Made by a program: the position numbers and the translations under genes. Source: Solirubrobacteraceae bacterium (GTDB lineage Bacteria; Actinomycetota; Thermoleophilia; Solirubrobacterales; Solirubrobacteraceae). Taken from it: a stretch of 64,000 nt of DNA. Positions 19,339 to 28,164 of the stretch are shown here, piece after piece. Location of the stretch: NCBI GenBank assembly GCA_036271135.1, contig DATBBF010000020.1:37701-101700 (forward strand), written 5' to 3'. The notes beneath the pieces were generated by a model, which did no database searches, had not been told where the DNA came from, and saw nothing but the letters and a program-made list of their open reading frames with translations. Positions within the stretch are counted from its first letter, which is position 1. The number at the start of each line of letters is the position of its first letter.

Positions 19339-19764
19339 TTATATGCCTCCCACCCGGGCCTCCCCGTCAGTGCCGAGCAGGCCATCAACCCACGCACGGA
19401 CCTTCCTGACCGTCTCACAAGCCGCATCGCGATCCAGCTGTTCATCGAGTACGTCGTCATAACGGAACTCGACCGCCCACGGTACGAGAGCGCGGGCCTC
19501 GTCAGCGGATGTCGGTGGAGCCAGGCCTGCATCTCCGAGTCGCGCGATCAGCTCCCCCAGGTCGTGGATCCGAGGAGGCGCAACACCCACGTGTGCAAGC
19601 GCTGCCTTCAGCAGCTTCTCCAGCGCCTGCTGCGCGTGAAAGCCGATGAGGTCATCGGGAACGTCGGGATCGTCAGCGAGCTTGTCGAGAGCGATCTCAT
19701 CGCTGAGAGCCTTGCGTGAAAATCGCCCCGCAAGGTCACGGACCTCATGTTTCGGCGAGGACAC
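19339..19764 (-). CDS. HEPN domain protein (putative toxin of an MNT-HEPN module)
   Basis: 141 aa. HEPN-type helices (GFHAQQALEKLLKAALAH...PRIHDLGELIARL...AVEFRYDD). The start overlaps the upstream nucleotidyltransferase gene by 20 nt. Confidence 0.8.
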   Translation of the reverse strand: MSSPKHEVRDLAGRFSRKALSDEIALDKLADDPDVPDDLIGFHAQQALEKLLKAALAHVGVAPPRIHDLGELIARLGDAGLAPPTSADEARALVPWAVEFRYDDVLDEQLDRDAACETVRKVRAWVDGLLGTDGEARVGGI

Positions 19765-20062
19765 GTCCCTCCATCAGCGCATCGTGGAGCATCGTCCCAG
19801 GAACGTCGCCCCACTCCTCCGCGTAGTCTCGCGGGATCACCACGACGTCGGCGGCGAGTCTAAGCGGGTCGAGCACCTTCCGCAGACGCACCATCTCCTT
19901 CGCCTTGCTCGCAACAAACGGCTCGATCACGAGGAAGTCGAAGTCGCTGTCGGCCCCCGCGTCACCCCGGCTATGCGAACCAAACAAGATCACCTTGGAC
20001 TCGGCAGGCGCAGCGTCGGCCAGAAGCCGACCGGCCTGCTCGACTATCTCGGCTGTCGTCAT
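19745..20062 (-). CDS. minimal nucleotidyltransferase (MNT) domain protein (putative antitoxin)
   Basis: Pol-beta-type NTase motif LFGSHSRGDAGADSDFDFLV. Start taken at the ATG at 20062 (MTTAEIVEQAGRLL); the track ORF extends to 20113. Confidence 0.8.
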   Translation of the reverse strand: MTTAEIVEQAGRLLADAAPAESKVILFGSHSRGDAGADSDFDFLVIEPFVASKAKEMVRLRKVLDPLRLAADVVVIPRDYAEEWGDVPGTMLHDALMEGRVLAET

Positions 20063-20237
20063 AGCCTCGAAGCTACCGCAGTTGGCGGCAGAGAACGCGC
20101 TTAGAGCAAGCACTCGGTGATAGGCACGCGGAGTCCCTTGCGCGTCATGCGTTTGAGTGCGAGCGTAGACGACGTCCTAGCTACGAGGTGATCTCCCTCG
20201 AAGTCCTGTACACCTAGGCAAAGCATCAAGAACCCAG

Positions 20238-20311
<74 letters not shown>

Positions 20312-20448
20312 TTGTCCCGCAGACTGCTCGACGGCGACATCCTAGCGCCGAGCCCACGGCCCACGGAAGGATCCTCTAGGCAGAACCGCACTGCCGCTTG
20401 CCCCGTTCCCGAGCTACAGCAACCAAAGGTTGCATGTCTTGCTGGCGC

Positions 20449-21333
20449 TCAGGCCACCGCGCGAGGCCTGACCCGCCGCGCGAGCTCGATCGCTTCCTCT
20501 GCCGAGGAGAAAGCGAGCTCTGCCCGATACCCAGAGGCGGTCGGCTTGACGCGAACCTCCGCACCCAGGGCTACGCCCAGTGCCTCCGAGATCTCCGAGG
20601 CGGCCTGCTCCTGATCCGGATGCGGCGACCATGCCCGGCGCGGCGTGCCCGACGACGAGGCCGCGTTGCTCTCCCGGGCCTTCTCTTCGGTCACCCGGAC
20701 CGACCAGCCCCGCTCGGCAGCCTGTCGGGCCAAGGAGCGCCGCTCGCCGTGATCCTCGGCCAGCAGCAGAGCCCGGCCGTGACCCTCGCTGAGATTGCCT
20801 TGCTGGAGCAGTTGAATGACCTCGTCGGGGAGGTCCAACAGTCGTACCAAGTTGCTGACGGCCACCCGGCTTCGCCCGACACGGCGCCCGATCTCCTTGC
20901 GAGTCAAGCCCAGCTCCTCGACGAGAGCTGCGCACGCACGGGCCTCCTCAATCGGATTCAGGTCCTCGCGGGCCATGTTCTCGATCAGCGCCACTTCCAG
21001 CGCCGCGGCGTCCTCGCGATCGCGGACCAACGCCGGGATCGAGTCCAGACCAGCCATCTGGGCCGCCCGCCAGCGGCGCTCGCCGGCCACCAGCTCGTAC
21101 GTCCCACCGGCCTTCGGACGTACCAGCACCGGCTGAAGGACGCCCTGCTCGCCCAGCGAGCCGGCCAGCGCCTCAAGGCCCTCCGCGTCGAAGTCGTGGC
21201 GCGGCTGCTTGGGGTTCGGCACGATCAGCTCGAGTGGGAGCTCGCGCAGCTCCTCCTCATCGGGCGCTCCCTCGCTCGACACCGACAGGATCGCGCTCAG
21301 GCCACGGCCCATGCCCGGTCTTGGCTTAGCCAC
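20449..21333 (-). CDS. parB: chromosome partitioning protein ParB
   Basis: GRGLSAIL N-terminal motif, ParB box ALIENMAREDLNPIEEA, and an HTH region. The GTG at 21333 overlaps the parA stop (GTGGCTAA). The alternative ATG at 21312 would give MGRGLSAIL. Confidence 0.9.
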   Translation of the reverse strand: MAKPRPGMGRGLSAILSVSSEGAPDEEELRELPLELIVPNPKQPRHDFDAEGLEALAGSLGEQGVLQPVLVRPKAGGTYELVAGERRWRAAQMAGLDSIPALVRDREDAAALEVALIENMAREDLNPIEEARACAALVEELGLTRKEIGRRVGRSRVAVSNLVRLLDLPDEVIQLLQQGNLSEGHGRALLLAEDHGERRSLARQAAERGWSVRVTEEKARESNAASSSGTPRRAWSPHPDQEQAASEISEALGVALGAEVRVKPTASGYRAELAFSSAEEAIELARRVRPRAVA

Positions 21334-22084
21334 GTGCAGCCACCTCCTTCGCCAGTTGGAAATACGCCTCGGCCCCGGCGCTGTGGGGATCGTGATGAGT
21401 GACGGGCAGCCCATGGCTGGGCGCCTCGCCGACCCTGACGTTCCTTGGGATCACGGTGTCGAAGACTAGGTCGGGGAAGTGCGTCCTGACCTCCCTCTCG
21501 ACATCCTGGCCGAGACGCGTGCGACTGTCGTGCATCGTCAGCAACATCCCCGCGATCGTCAGCCGGGGGTTCAGCTCGCGCTGCACCAGAGCCAGCGTCT
21601 CCAGCAGCCCGGCGAGACCCTCGAGCGCGAAGTACTCGGTCTGTACCGGCACGATCACCTTGTCCGCGGCAACCAGCGCGCAGACGGTCAACGGTCCGAG
21701 CGACGGCGGGCAGTCCAGGATCACGTACTCGAACTCGTCCCTGATCGGCGCCAGCCGCTCGCGCAGCCTCTGCTCGAAGCCCTCGATCCGGGGCAGCTCG
21801 ATGTTGGCCCCGGCGAGTCCCGGGCCCGCCGGCAGCGCCAGTAGTCCGTCCACAGGGGTGGTCGTCAGCGCAGCCCGCGCCTTCGCCTCACCCGTCAACA
21901 CCTCATAGAGCCCCGGCGTCCGCGAGCGCTCGATCCCGAGGCCGACCGTCGCGTTGGCCTGCGGATCCACGTCGACGAGCAGCGTCGCATAGCCGGCCTC
22001 GGCGATACAGGCCGCCACGTTGACGGCTGTCGTCGTCTTGCCGACCCCGCCCTTCTGGTTGGCGATCGCGTAAACAGTGCTCAC
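21326..22084 (-). CDS. parA: chromosome partitioning ATPase ParA/Soj
   Basis: Deviant Walker A YAIANQKGGVGKTTTAVN and ILDCPPSLG motif. The start is uncertain: GTG at 22084 is chosen, and TTG at 22093 or 22132 is possible. The track ORF runs to 22279 but would overlap rsmG. Confidence 0.88.
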   Translation of the reverse strand: MSTVYAIANQKGGVGKTTTAVNVAACIAEAGYATLLVDVDPQANATVGLGIERSRTPGLYEVLTGEAKARAALTTTPVDGLLALPAGPGLAGANIELPRIEGFEQRLRERLAPIRDEFEYVILDCPPSLGPLTVCALVAADKVIVPVQTEYFALEGLAGLLETLALVQRELNPRLTIAGMLLTMHDSRTRLGQDVEREVRTHFPDLVFDTVIPRNVRVGEAPSHGLPVTHHDPHSAGAEAYFQLAKEVAARG

Positions 22085-22148
22085 AACGAGCAAGCTAGCG
22101 GCGTATGGGGACGGCCGCCGGTCCAGGGGCGCCAAAGTCCGGGTATTT

Positions 22149-22853
22149 TTAGCTGGACTCAGCAGCAAGCGGGCGTCGCGAGGCAAGTCCCGGCCGGCGC
22201 GGAAAGCCATCCGGAGTGCGGTCGGTCTTGCGGAACACATGGAGGTGACGATCGAGCGCATCAGGGAACGGCACAACATGTCGGATCTCCTGCCGGGTCA
22301 GGCCAAGCAGCGCGGCGGCCCGCTCGGCTTGCGCCTCCTCGGCTGCCTCGCGGCGCCCCCGCCACTCCACGAGATGGCCGCCGAGAGCAAGAAGTGGAGC
22401 CGCGTACTCCATCACCACCGCCTGCGGCGCCAGCGCCCGCGCTACAACGAGGTCGTTCGCCTCGATCCCCTGCGCCCACTCCTCAGCCCTGGAGCAGACG
22501 ACACGCGCATTGGCAATGCCCATGCCCGCTGCTGTGGCGGCCAGGTAGGAACAGCGGCTCGCTTGGCTCTCGACCAGCTGAAAACTGGTCTCGGGCAGGC
22601 AGGCAGCGAGCGCCAGTCCTGGCAAGCCGGCGCCCGAGCCCAGATCGGCTGCCAGGCGCGACGAGCGGACCTCCTCCAACTCGAGGCCGATCAGCGAGTC
22701 GGCGAGATGGCGTGCCAGGACATCCTCGGGCTCGCGCACAGCCGTCGGCGCTCGCGCGCCGAGGAGCCGCTCGGCGAGCTTCTCCAAGTGCTCCATTGCC
22801 GGCGCGTCAAGGCCATAGCGAGCAGAGAGCCCCGGCAACGACACGCTATCCAC
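22149..22853 (-). CDS. rsmG: 16S rRNA (guanine527-N7)-methyltransferase RsmG (GidB)
   Basis: 234 aa. SAM-binding motif DLGSGAGLPGLALA, and the conserved position between jag and parA. Confidence 0.88.
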   Translation of the reverse strand: MDSVSLPGLSARYGLDAPAMEHLEKLAERLLGARAPTAVREPEDVLARHLADSLIGLELEEVRSSRLAADLGSGAGLPGLALAACLPETSFQLVESQASRCSYLAATAAGMGIANARVVCSRAEEWAQGIEANDLVVARALAPQAVVMEYAAPLLALGGHLVEWRGRREAAEEAQAERAAALLGLTRQEIRHVVPFPDALDRHLHVFRKTDRTPDGFPRRPGLASRRPLAAESS

Positions 22854-22874
22854 AGCCTTTAGCCGCGGGCGAAG

Positions 22875-22890
22875 GTTTTCACGTGAAACG
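22875..22890. promoter_or_regulatory. parS-like centromere site
   Basis: GTTTTCACGTGAAACG matches the parS consensus TGTTTCACGTGAAACA at 13/16 positions, with the palindromic core TTTCACGTGAAA intact. It lies in the rsmG-jag spacer. Confidence 0.7.
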
Positions 22891-22891
22891 C

Positions 22892-23371
22892 CTAATCGGC
22901 GTCCGGGGCAGGGGAGATCACCAAGTAGCGCTCGGGCTCATCGCCCTCGCTGTGGGTCTCGACGTCCTTGCGGTCACGCAGGTATTCGTGCACGATCCGT
23001 CGCTCCGAGGGAGGCAGGGGATCGAGATCGACCGGCTTCCCGCCGGCGACGGCTTCATCCGCCGCATCATCGGCATCTGCACGGAGGGTCTCGGCTCGCC
23101 GCTCTCGGTAGCCGTTCGCGTCGATAACCACGCGGACCGAGGACGGACCCTCCGGGAAGACGATCCTCTGCGCCAAGTGCTGCACGGCGTCGATCGTCTG
23201 GCCGTGGCGGCCAATGAACAGACCGACGTTGTCTCCGTCGAGGCGACCGGTCAACACCCCGTCCCGCTCCAGAACCTCCACCTCGGCATCGAGCTGGAGG
23301 TCCTCGACGATCTCTTCCAGCAGCTCCTCGAGGGCCTCGGCTGGCTCCAGCTCGTCTGTGTCGTCACTCAT
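22892..23371 (-). CDS. jag: Jag/KhpB-like RNA-binding protein (KH + R3H domains)
   Basis: 159 aa with a KH-like segment (GLFIGRHGQTIDAVQHLA) and an R3H segment (LPPSERRIVHEYL). The start overlaps the yidC stop by 4 nt. Confidence 0.85.
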   Translation of the reverse strand: MSDDTDELEPAEALEELLEEIVEDLQLDAEVEVLERDGVLTGRLDGDNVGLFIGRHGQTIDAVQHLAQRIVFPEGPSSVRVVIDANGYRERRAETLRADADDAADEAVAGGKPVDLDPLPPSERRIVHEYLRDRKDVETHSEGDEPERYLVISPAPDAD

Positions 23372-24351
23372 CGGCGCCTCCCCGAGCGCTTCTTCTTCTT
23401 ACGCGGAGGTTTGGGCGGCGTTGCCGCCGGGCCATCTCCGCCTGGACTGGCAGTGCCTCCACCCGCGACGGCCCCGCTCAGGGCCAGCTTCGAGAATCGG
23501 CTCGGCTTGCCGTTGGGCGCCTCCACCGGGTCGCTGTCCGGTTTAACCGGCGGACCCATCCGGCGTTTGATCAGGTACTGCTGGGCGATCGTCCAGCAGT
23601 TCGTCGTCACCCAGTAGACCAGCAGCCCGGCCGGGTAGCGATAGAGGATCACGACGAAGACGATCGGAAGCAGCAACATCAGCCGGCGCTGGTTGGCATC
23701 GGCGGTGGCGGTCGCGATCAGCGTCGAGGCGAGCTGGGAGCCGACGTAGAGCACGATCAATACGACCAGCGCGACACCAGTCGCCTTGTTCGTGATGTCG
23801 GGCAGGAACAAGAACTTCGCGGATCCGTGAGCGACCTTGTCGCACTGGGTCGTTTCGACGAACTTCGTCGGCAGATGCGCGACCGACGTGGCATGGGCGG
23901 CAGCTTTGTACTTGACCGCTTCGGCCGGATGGCTGTTGAAGTACTGAACCAGCTGGTTGCCGCAGATGTGCTTCTTGAGGTCCGTTCTCAGCATGTAGAA
24001 CAGCGAGACGAACACCGGAAGCTGCATCAGCAGAGGCAGGCAGGATGCCAAAGGATTGATTTTGTTCTCTTGGTAGAATTTCATCAGCTCCTGCTGCTGG
24101 CGCTGTTTGTCCTCCTTGTACTTCTCTTTCAGCACGTTGATCTGCGGCGCCAGACGCTGCATCTCCTGCATCGACTTGAGCTGGCGGAAGGTCAGTGGCA
24201 CCAGGATCGCCCGGATCAGGATCGTCAGCCCGATGATCGACAGGCCCCAACTGCCATGCACGACGTGGTCGTGGATGAACACCATCACGTGTTCGAAGAC
24301 CGTGATCAGCGGCGAGAAGGCGTCCTGGATCACGTTTGCGATGGGTGGCAT
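23368..24351 (-). CDS. yidC: membrane protein insertase YidC
   Basis: 327 aa, polytopic. Conserved LKEKYKEDKQRQQQELMKFYQENKINPLASCLPLLMQLPVF segment, a basic C-terminal tail, and synteny with rnpA/yidD. Confidence 0.92.
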   Translation of the reverse strand: MPPIANVIQDAFSPLITVFEHVMVFIHDHVVHGSWGLSIIGLTILIRAILVPLTFRQLKSMQEMQRLAPQINVLKEKYKEDKQRQQQELMKFYQENKINPLASCLPLLMQLPVFVSLFYMLRTDLKKHICGNQLVQYFNSHPAEAVKYKAAAHATSVAHLPTKFVETTQCDKVAHGSAKFLFLPDITNKATGVALVVLIVLYVGSQLASTLIATATADANQRRLMLLLPIVFVVILYRYPAGLLVYWVTTNCWTIAQQYLIKRRMGPPVKPDSDPVEAPNGKPSRFSKLALSGAVAGGGTASPGGDGPAATPPKPPRKKKKRSGRRR

Positions 24352-24431
24352 GCTCAGGCGGATTTAGGCGTTGTGTTCTGGGCGGGGCTCAGGGGCGGAG
24401 TTGCGGCGTGGGCGCGCCCCCCGCGACCCGC

Positions 24432-24737
24432 TCAGCTGCTCCCGGTGGGACGAGTCCTGAAGACTCGCTGGTCCTCGACCGGATCGTATCCGCCGTAGCT
24501 CCACGGATTGCACCTCAACAAGCGCCACCCGGCGAGTACCAGGCCCTTAAGTATGCCGTACTCGCGCACCGCCCCCACCGCATAGCGCGAGCAGGTCGGC
24601 TCGTACTTGCAACGCCGCGGGATCGCCGGGGAGATCAACCTCTGGTAGAGGACCACCGGCGCCACCACCAGAGCCCGGGCAACGCGGCGGAGTGACTCAC
24701 CCACTCCCGTGTCCTCGCCGGCGCTTTCGGCGCTCAC
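24432..24737 (-). CDS. yidD: membrane protein insertion efficiency factor YidD
   Basis: Motif YQRLISPAIPRRCKYEPTCSRYA. The GTG start overlaps the rnpA stop (GTGA). Confidence 0.85.
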   Translation of the reverse strand: MSAESAGEDTGVGESLRRVARALVVAPVVLYQRLISPAIPRRCKYEPTCSRYAVGAVREYGILKGLVLAGWRLLRCNPWSYGGYDPVEDQRVFRTRPTGSS

Positions 24738-25111
24738 GCCTGTGCCTCCACACTGAGACCTGCCCGAGCCAGCAGCTCGCAGAGCGCCGCATCCATCCCG
24801 TCCAGGCCCTCCCGCTCGGCCAGCTCCAGTGCATCCGGGCGCGCGACGACGACGACATCGTGTCCCGCAACAAGGCCTGCCTCGTTGCGGCTGAAGGCCT
24901 CCCGCAGCAGGCGCTTAACCTTGTTGCGCTGCACGGCGCCGCCGACCTTGCGCGACACCGACAGGCCGACGCGCGGGCGCTCCTCCGACGAGTTCGGGAA
25001 GGCGTAGACGACCAACTGCCGGTTGGCTGTAGAGCGGCCGTGGCGATAGACGCGCTCGAACTCGGCACTGCGCGAGAGTCGCCCGCCACGCCCGCTGCGT
25101 ACCGGTCTCAT
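24734..25111 (-). CDS. rnpA: ribonuclease P protein component
   Basis: 125 aa, basic. RNR-type motif VGLSVSRKVGGAVQRNKVKRLLREA, located downstream of rpmH. Confidence 0.9.
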   Translation of the reverse strand: MRPVRSGRGGRLSRSAEFERVYRHGRSTANRQLVVYAFPNSSEERPRVGLSVSRKVGGAVQRNKVKRLLREAFSRNEAGLVAGHDVVVVARPDALELAEREGLDGMDAALCELLARAGLSVEAQA

Positions 25112-25145
25112 CTCCCGCCAGCCACCGAGACGGCGTCCATCGACC

Positions 25146-25280
25146 TCAGACCGAGAGCCGCTTGCGTCCCTTGTCGCGACGGCGCTTGAGCGTCATCCGC
25201 CCTGCGCGCGAGCTCATGCGCTCGCGGAACCCGTGTACACGGGCACGCTTTCGCTTCTTGGGCTGGTAGGTGCGCTTCAT
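25146..25280 (-). CDS. rpmH: 50S ribosomal protein L34
   Basis: Absent from the ORF track because it is under 60 aa. The reverse strand reads [44 protein letters not shown], with GGAG upstream of the ATG. Confidence 0.95.
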   Translation of the reverse strand: MKRTYQPKKRKRARVHGFRERMSSRAGRMTLKRRRDKGRKRLSV

Positions 25281-25493
25281 GGTCTCCGGTTCTCCGATCC
25301 GCGGGCGTCAACACAACCCCGCGTTGTCAGGCCGTCACGGATCGCGGCCAGTCGCTGCGCCATTATACGCGCGACGAGCCGAAGCTGAATTTTTCCGCCA
25401 ATTGCGAGCACTCGCGCAGAGGCCCCGAACACGTTGGGTATAGTCGCCCGACCGGGCCTTCGGGCCCTCCTCTGAATAGCCCGCAACACACCC

Positions 25494-26894
25494 TTGGAGG
25501 GGCGGATAAAAGCTGCCGTGAGCGACGAGCTCGAGCACATATGGTCACGCGTGCAGGCTCAGCTCGCACTTGTCGTTGACGAGCCCACCTATCGGATCTG
25601 GCTGACGAACCTCAAGCCGCGCGAGCTCGTCGGCGAGGTACTCTCGATCGAAGCTCCTCCCCAGACATGCCGCTGGATCCAGGGACGCTTTGGACGCGTC
25701 ATCGAGGCCAGCGTCGAGCTGGTCCTCGGTCCCCACGCGAGTGTCGAGTTGTGCCCTGCCGATGCCGAGCCAAGCACTCGGAGGATCGCTGACTCCAGTC
25801 GCCCCTCCGCACTTCCCGATACGACGGCCCGGCCTCGCGCACCGCATCGCAGCGGTCCGATCGGCAACCCGAAGCTGACCTTCGACCACTTCGTCATCGG
25901 CGACAGCAACCGCCTCGCTCATGCCGCCGCGTTGACCGTCGCCGAGATGCCGGCACAGGCCTACAACCCACTGTTCATCTGCGGACCTCCCGGCGTCGGG
26001 AAGACCCACCTGCTCAGCGCCATTGCCAACCTCATCACCGCGCACGACCCGACGCTTGCCGTCAGGACCACCACCGGCGAGGCTTTCACCAACGAGTTCC
26101 TCGGCGCTCTCGGCGACCGCAGTACCGACCAGTTCAAGGCACGCTTCCGCGACATCGACGTCCTACTCGTCGACGACGTTCAATTCCTCGAGCGAAAGAC
26201 CCGCACCGAGGAGGAGTTCTTCCACACCTTCAACGCACTACACGACGCCGGGCGGCAGGTGGTGCTCACCTCCGATCGCCCCCCGCATGACCTTCAAGCC
26301 CTCGAGGACCGCCTGCGCGAGCGTTTCGAGGCCGGCCTCGTCGCCGATGTGCGGCCTCCCGACCTGCCGACCCGTCTCGCCATCCTGCGTAAGCGAGCGC
26401 ACCACGACGGCGTCGCACTCGCCGACGACACCGTCCTGGAGACGATCGCCCAGCACGTCCACACGAACGTCAGAGCCCTCGAGGGGGCCCTGATCAGAGT
26501 CGTTGCCTTCAGCTCGCTTACAGGCCGGCCCCTGACAACCGAGCTGGCGCGGGAGGTCCTGGCCAGCCTCTACCCTCGCCCGGCCCGCGCCGGAGCTCCT
26601 CGCACCATCGCCGAGATCCAGCAGGCCACCTGCTCCGAGTTCGGGCTCACCCCCGAGGAGCTCCTCTCGACCTCACGCGGAGCCCGCGTCAGCCTGCCCC
26701 GTCAGATCGCCATGTATCTATCTCGCGAGCTCACAAACGCCTCGCTCCCGGCCATTGGGCGCGAGTTCGGCGGACGCGACCACACGACCGTCATGCACGC
26801 CTGCAAACGCACCTCCTCGCGAATCGCCTCCGATCACATCACGCGCGAGGCTGTGGAGAAACTCCGCGAGATGCTCGACCGCGACGCCAGCTGA
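25494..26894 (+). CDS. dnaA: chromosomal replication initiator protein DnaA
   Basis: Walker [12 protein letters not shown], Walker [12 protein letters not shown], and C-terminal DNA-binding motif [11 protein letters not shown]. The start is uncertain: TTG at 25494 (track) or GTG at 25518 downstream of GGAGGGG. Confidence 0.93.
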   Translation: MEGRIKAAVSDELEHIWSRVQAQLALVVDEPTYRIWLTNLKPRELVGEVLSIEAPPQTCRWIQGRFGRVIEASVELVLGPHASVELCPADAEPSTRRIADSSRPSALPDTTARPRAPHRSGPIGNPKLTFDHFVIGDSNRLAHAAALTVAEMPAQAYNPLFICGPPGVGKTHLLSAIANLITAHDPTLAVRTTTGEAFTNEFLGALGDRSTDQFKARFRDIDVLLVDDVQFLERKTRTEEEFFHTFNALHDAGRQVVLTSDRPPHDLQALEDRLRERFEAGLVADVRPPDLPTRLAILRKRAHHDGVALADDTVLETIAQHVHTNVRALEGALIRVVAFSSLTGRPLTTELAREVLASLYPRPARAGAPRTIAEIQQATCSEFGLTPEELLSTSRGARVSLPRQIAMYLSRELTNASLPAIGREFGGRDHTTVMHACKRTSSRIASDHITREAVEKLREMLDRDAS

Positions 26895-27047
26895 CCTACG
26901 CTTGGCGCCCCGCCGACCGCCCAGCCTGAGACACTTCCACAGGCTCTCCACAAGCCGTGCCACCGCCCCTGCTTGCAATCTCGCGCAAACACAGGCAATC
27001 CACATACCCACAGCCCCTACTCACCACTATTTCCTCCAGATAGCCAC
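26895..27047. promoter_or_regulatory. putative oriC core: DnaA-box cluster in the dnaA-dnaN spacer
   Basis: Four same-orientation 9-mers ending in CCACA: ACTTCCACA (26933..26941), CTCTCCACA (26944..26952), CAATCCACA (26996..27004), ATACCCACA (27004..27012). Compare the actinobacterial box TTGTCCACA. A slightly AT-richer stretch CACTATTTCCTCCAGATAG follows. Gene strand polarity switches here. Confidence 0.6.
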
Positions 27048-28160
27048 GTGAAGATCTCCCTCTCCTCATCAGAGCTGTTGACACAGCTTCAGACCGCGAC
27101 GCGAGTCGCATCAACGCGCAGCGCTGTACAAGCCCTCTCCGGCGTGATGATCTCCGCCCAGGAGGGCTCATCGCCGGAGCTCCTGGCAACTGACATGGAG
27201 GTCGGTCTACGCATGCCGCTCTCGGCGCAAGTCGACCGACCGGGCTCGGCGGTTCTCCCGGCCAGGCTGCTCCTCGACGTGGCTCGCTCGCTGTCAGCCG
27301 AGAGCCTCACGATGGAGCTCCGCGCGGCTGAGCAGGATGTCGAGCTGATCTGCGGCGCAACGACCTTCCACCTGCGGACGCTCCGCGCAGAGGACTTCCC
27401 GACGCTCCCCGACCCCTCTCCGGAGTCTCGCGTGGTGCTTCCCGCCGCTGCCTTCGTGGAGACGATCTCCCGCGTGGCCCGTTCGGCTTCGCGAGACGAG
27501 ACACGCCCGGTCTTGACCGGGATTCTGATCTCCGCCAGCGGTCAGGAGCTGAGGATGGTCGCAACCGACTCCTACCGTCTGAGCGTCAAGGAGACTGCGC
27601 TCGCCGAGCCTATCCAGGGCACTCTCGAGGCCAACGTCCCCGCCCGCGCTCTGCAGGAGCTGGCGCGCATCGAGCAGCAGGCCGGCGCCGAGACGGTCGC
27701 CGTCAGCGTTGGGCAGAACCAGGCGATCTTCGAGCTCGGCGACGTCGTTCTTTCGTCACGGTTGATCGACGGGCAGTTCCCCAACTATCGCCAGCTGCTG
27801 CCGGAGACGGTCGACCACGAGCTGCGCATGGCTAGTGCCGAGCTGACCGAGGTAGTGCGCCGGATCAGCCTTCTTGCGCAGAAGAACGCGCCGCTGCGGC
27901 TGAGCTTCACCGAGGGGACCCTGGCCGTCTCGGCGCAGACCCCCGACGTCGGCGAGGCCAGTGAGGCGATCCCGGTTCCCTACCACGGCGAGCTGTTCGA
28001 GATCGGCTTCAATCCCGAGTTCCTGCGCGACGGGCTGGAGAGCATCGACACCGACGAGCTCGTTCTGAAGCTGATCAGCCCTCTGCGGCCCGGGTTGATC
28101 GAATCGCCAGAGACCGGAGACTTCGTATACCTCATCATGCCCATCCGCCTGAACGTGTGA
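27048..28160 (+). CDS. dnaN: DNA polymerase III beta sliding clamp
   Basis: GTG start at 27048 (VKISLSSSELLTQLQTATRVAS...), which fits the usual DnaN N-terminus. The track ORF begins at a TTG at 26973 inside the box cluster. C-terminal LIMPIRL motif. Confidence 0.92.
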   Translation: MKISLSSSELLTQLQTATRVASTRSAVQALSGVMISAQEGSSPELLATDMEVGLRMPLSAQVDRPGSAVLPARLLLDVARSLSAESLTMELRAAEQDVELICGATTFHLRTLRAEDFPTLPDPSPESRVVLPAAAFVETISRVARSASRDETRPVLTGILISASGQELRMVATDSYRLSVKETALAEPIQGTLEANVPARALQELARIEQQAGAETVAVSVGQNQAIFELGDVVLSSRLIDGQFPNYRQLLPETVDHELRMASAELTEVVRRISLLAQKNAPLRLSFTEGTLAVSAQTPDVGEASEAIPVPYHGELFEIGFNPEFLRDGLESIDTDELVLKLISPLRPGLIESPETGDFVYLIMPIRLNV

Positions 28161-28164
28161 GGCG

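Noticed and set aside
17127-19532. N-terminal extensions of track ORFs (17127..19532, 598..2085, 36680..37924, 38119..40518, 48222..50252, 9991..11631, 26973..28160)
   Set aside because: The extensions are Arg/Ser/Pro-rich, overlap neighbouring genes or promoters, and precede obvious true N-termini (signal peptides, Tat motif, conserved family N-termini, SD-preceded starts). The CDS were trimmed accordingly.
25281-25493. DnaA boxes in the rpmH-dnaA spacer
   Set aside because: Only weak fragments (TTTTCCGCCA, AACACACCC) were found, and none has the CCACA core. The spacer is kept as a possible promoter or unwinding region only.
27041-27056. Additional parS candidates (CCACGTGAAG at about 27045 and GTTCACGTGGGC at about 58545)
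   Set aside because: Only the central CACGTG plus 2-3 flanking bases match. Both arms of the 16-mer are lost.
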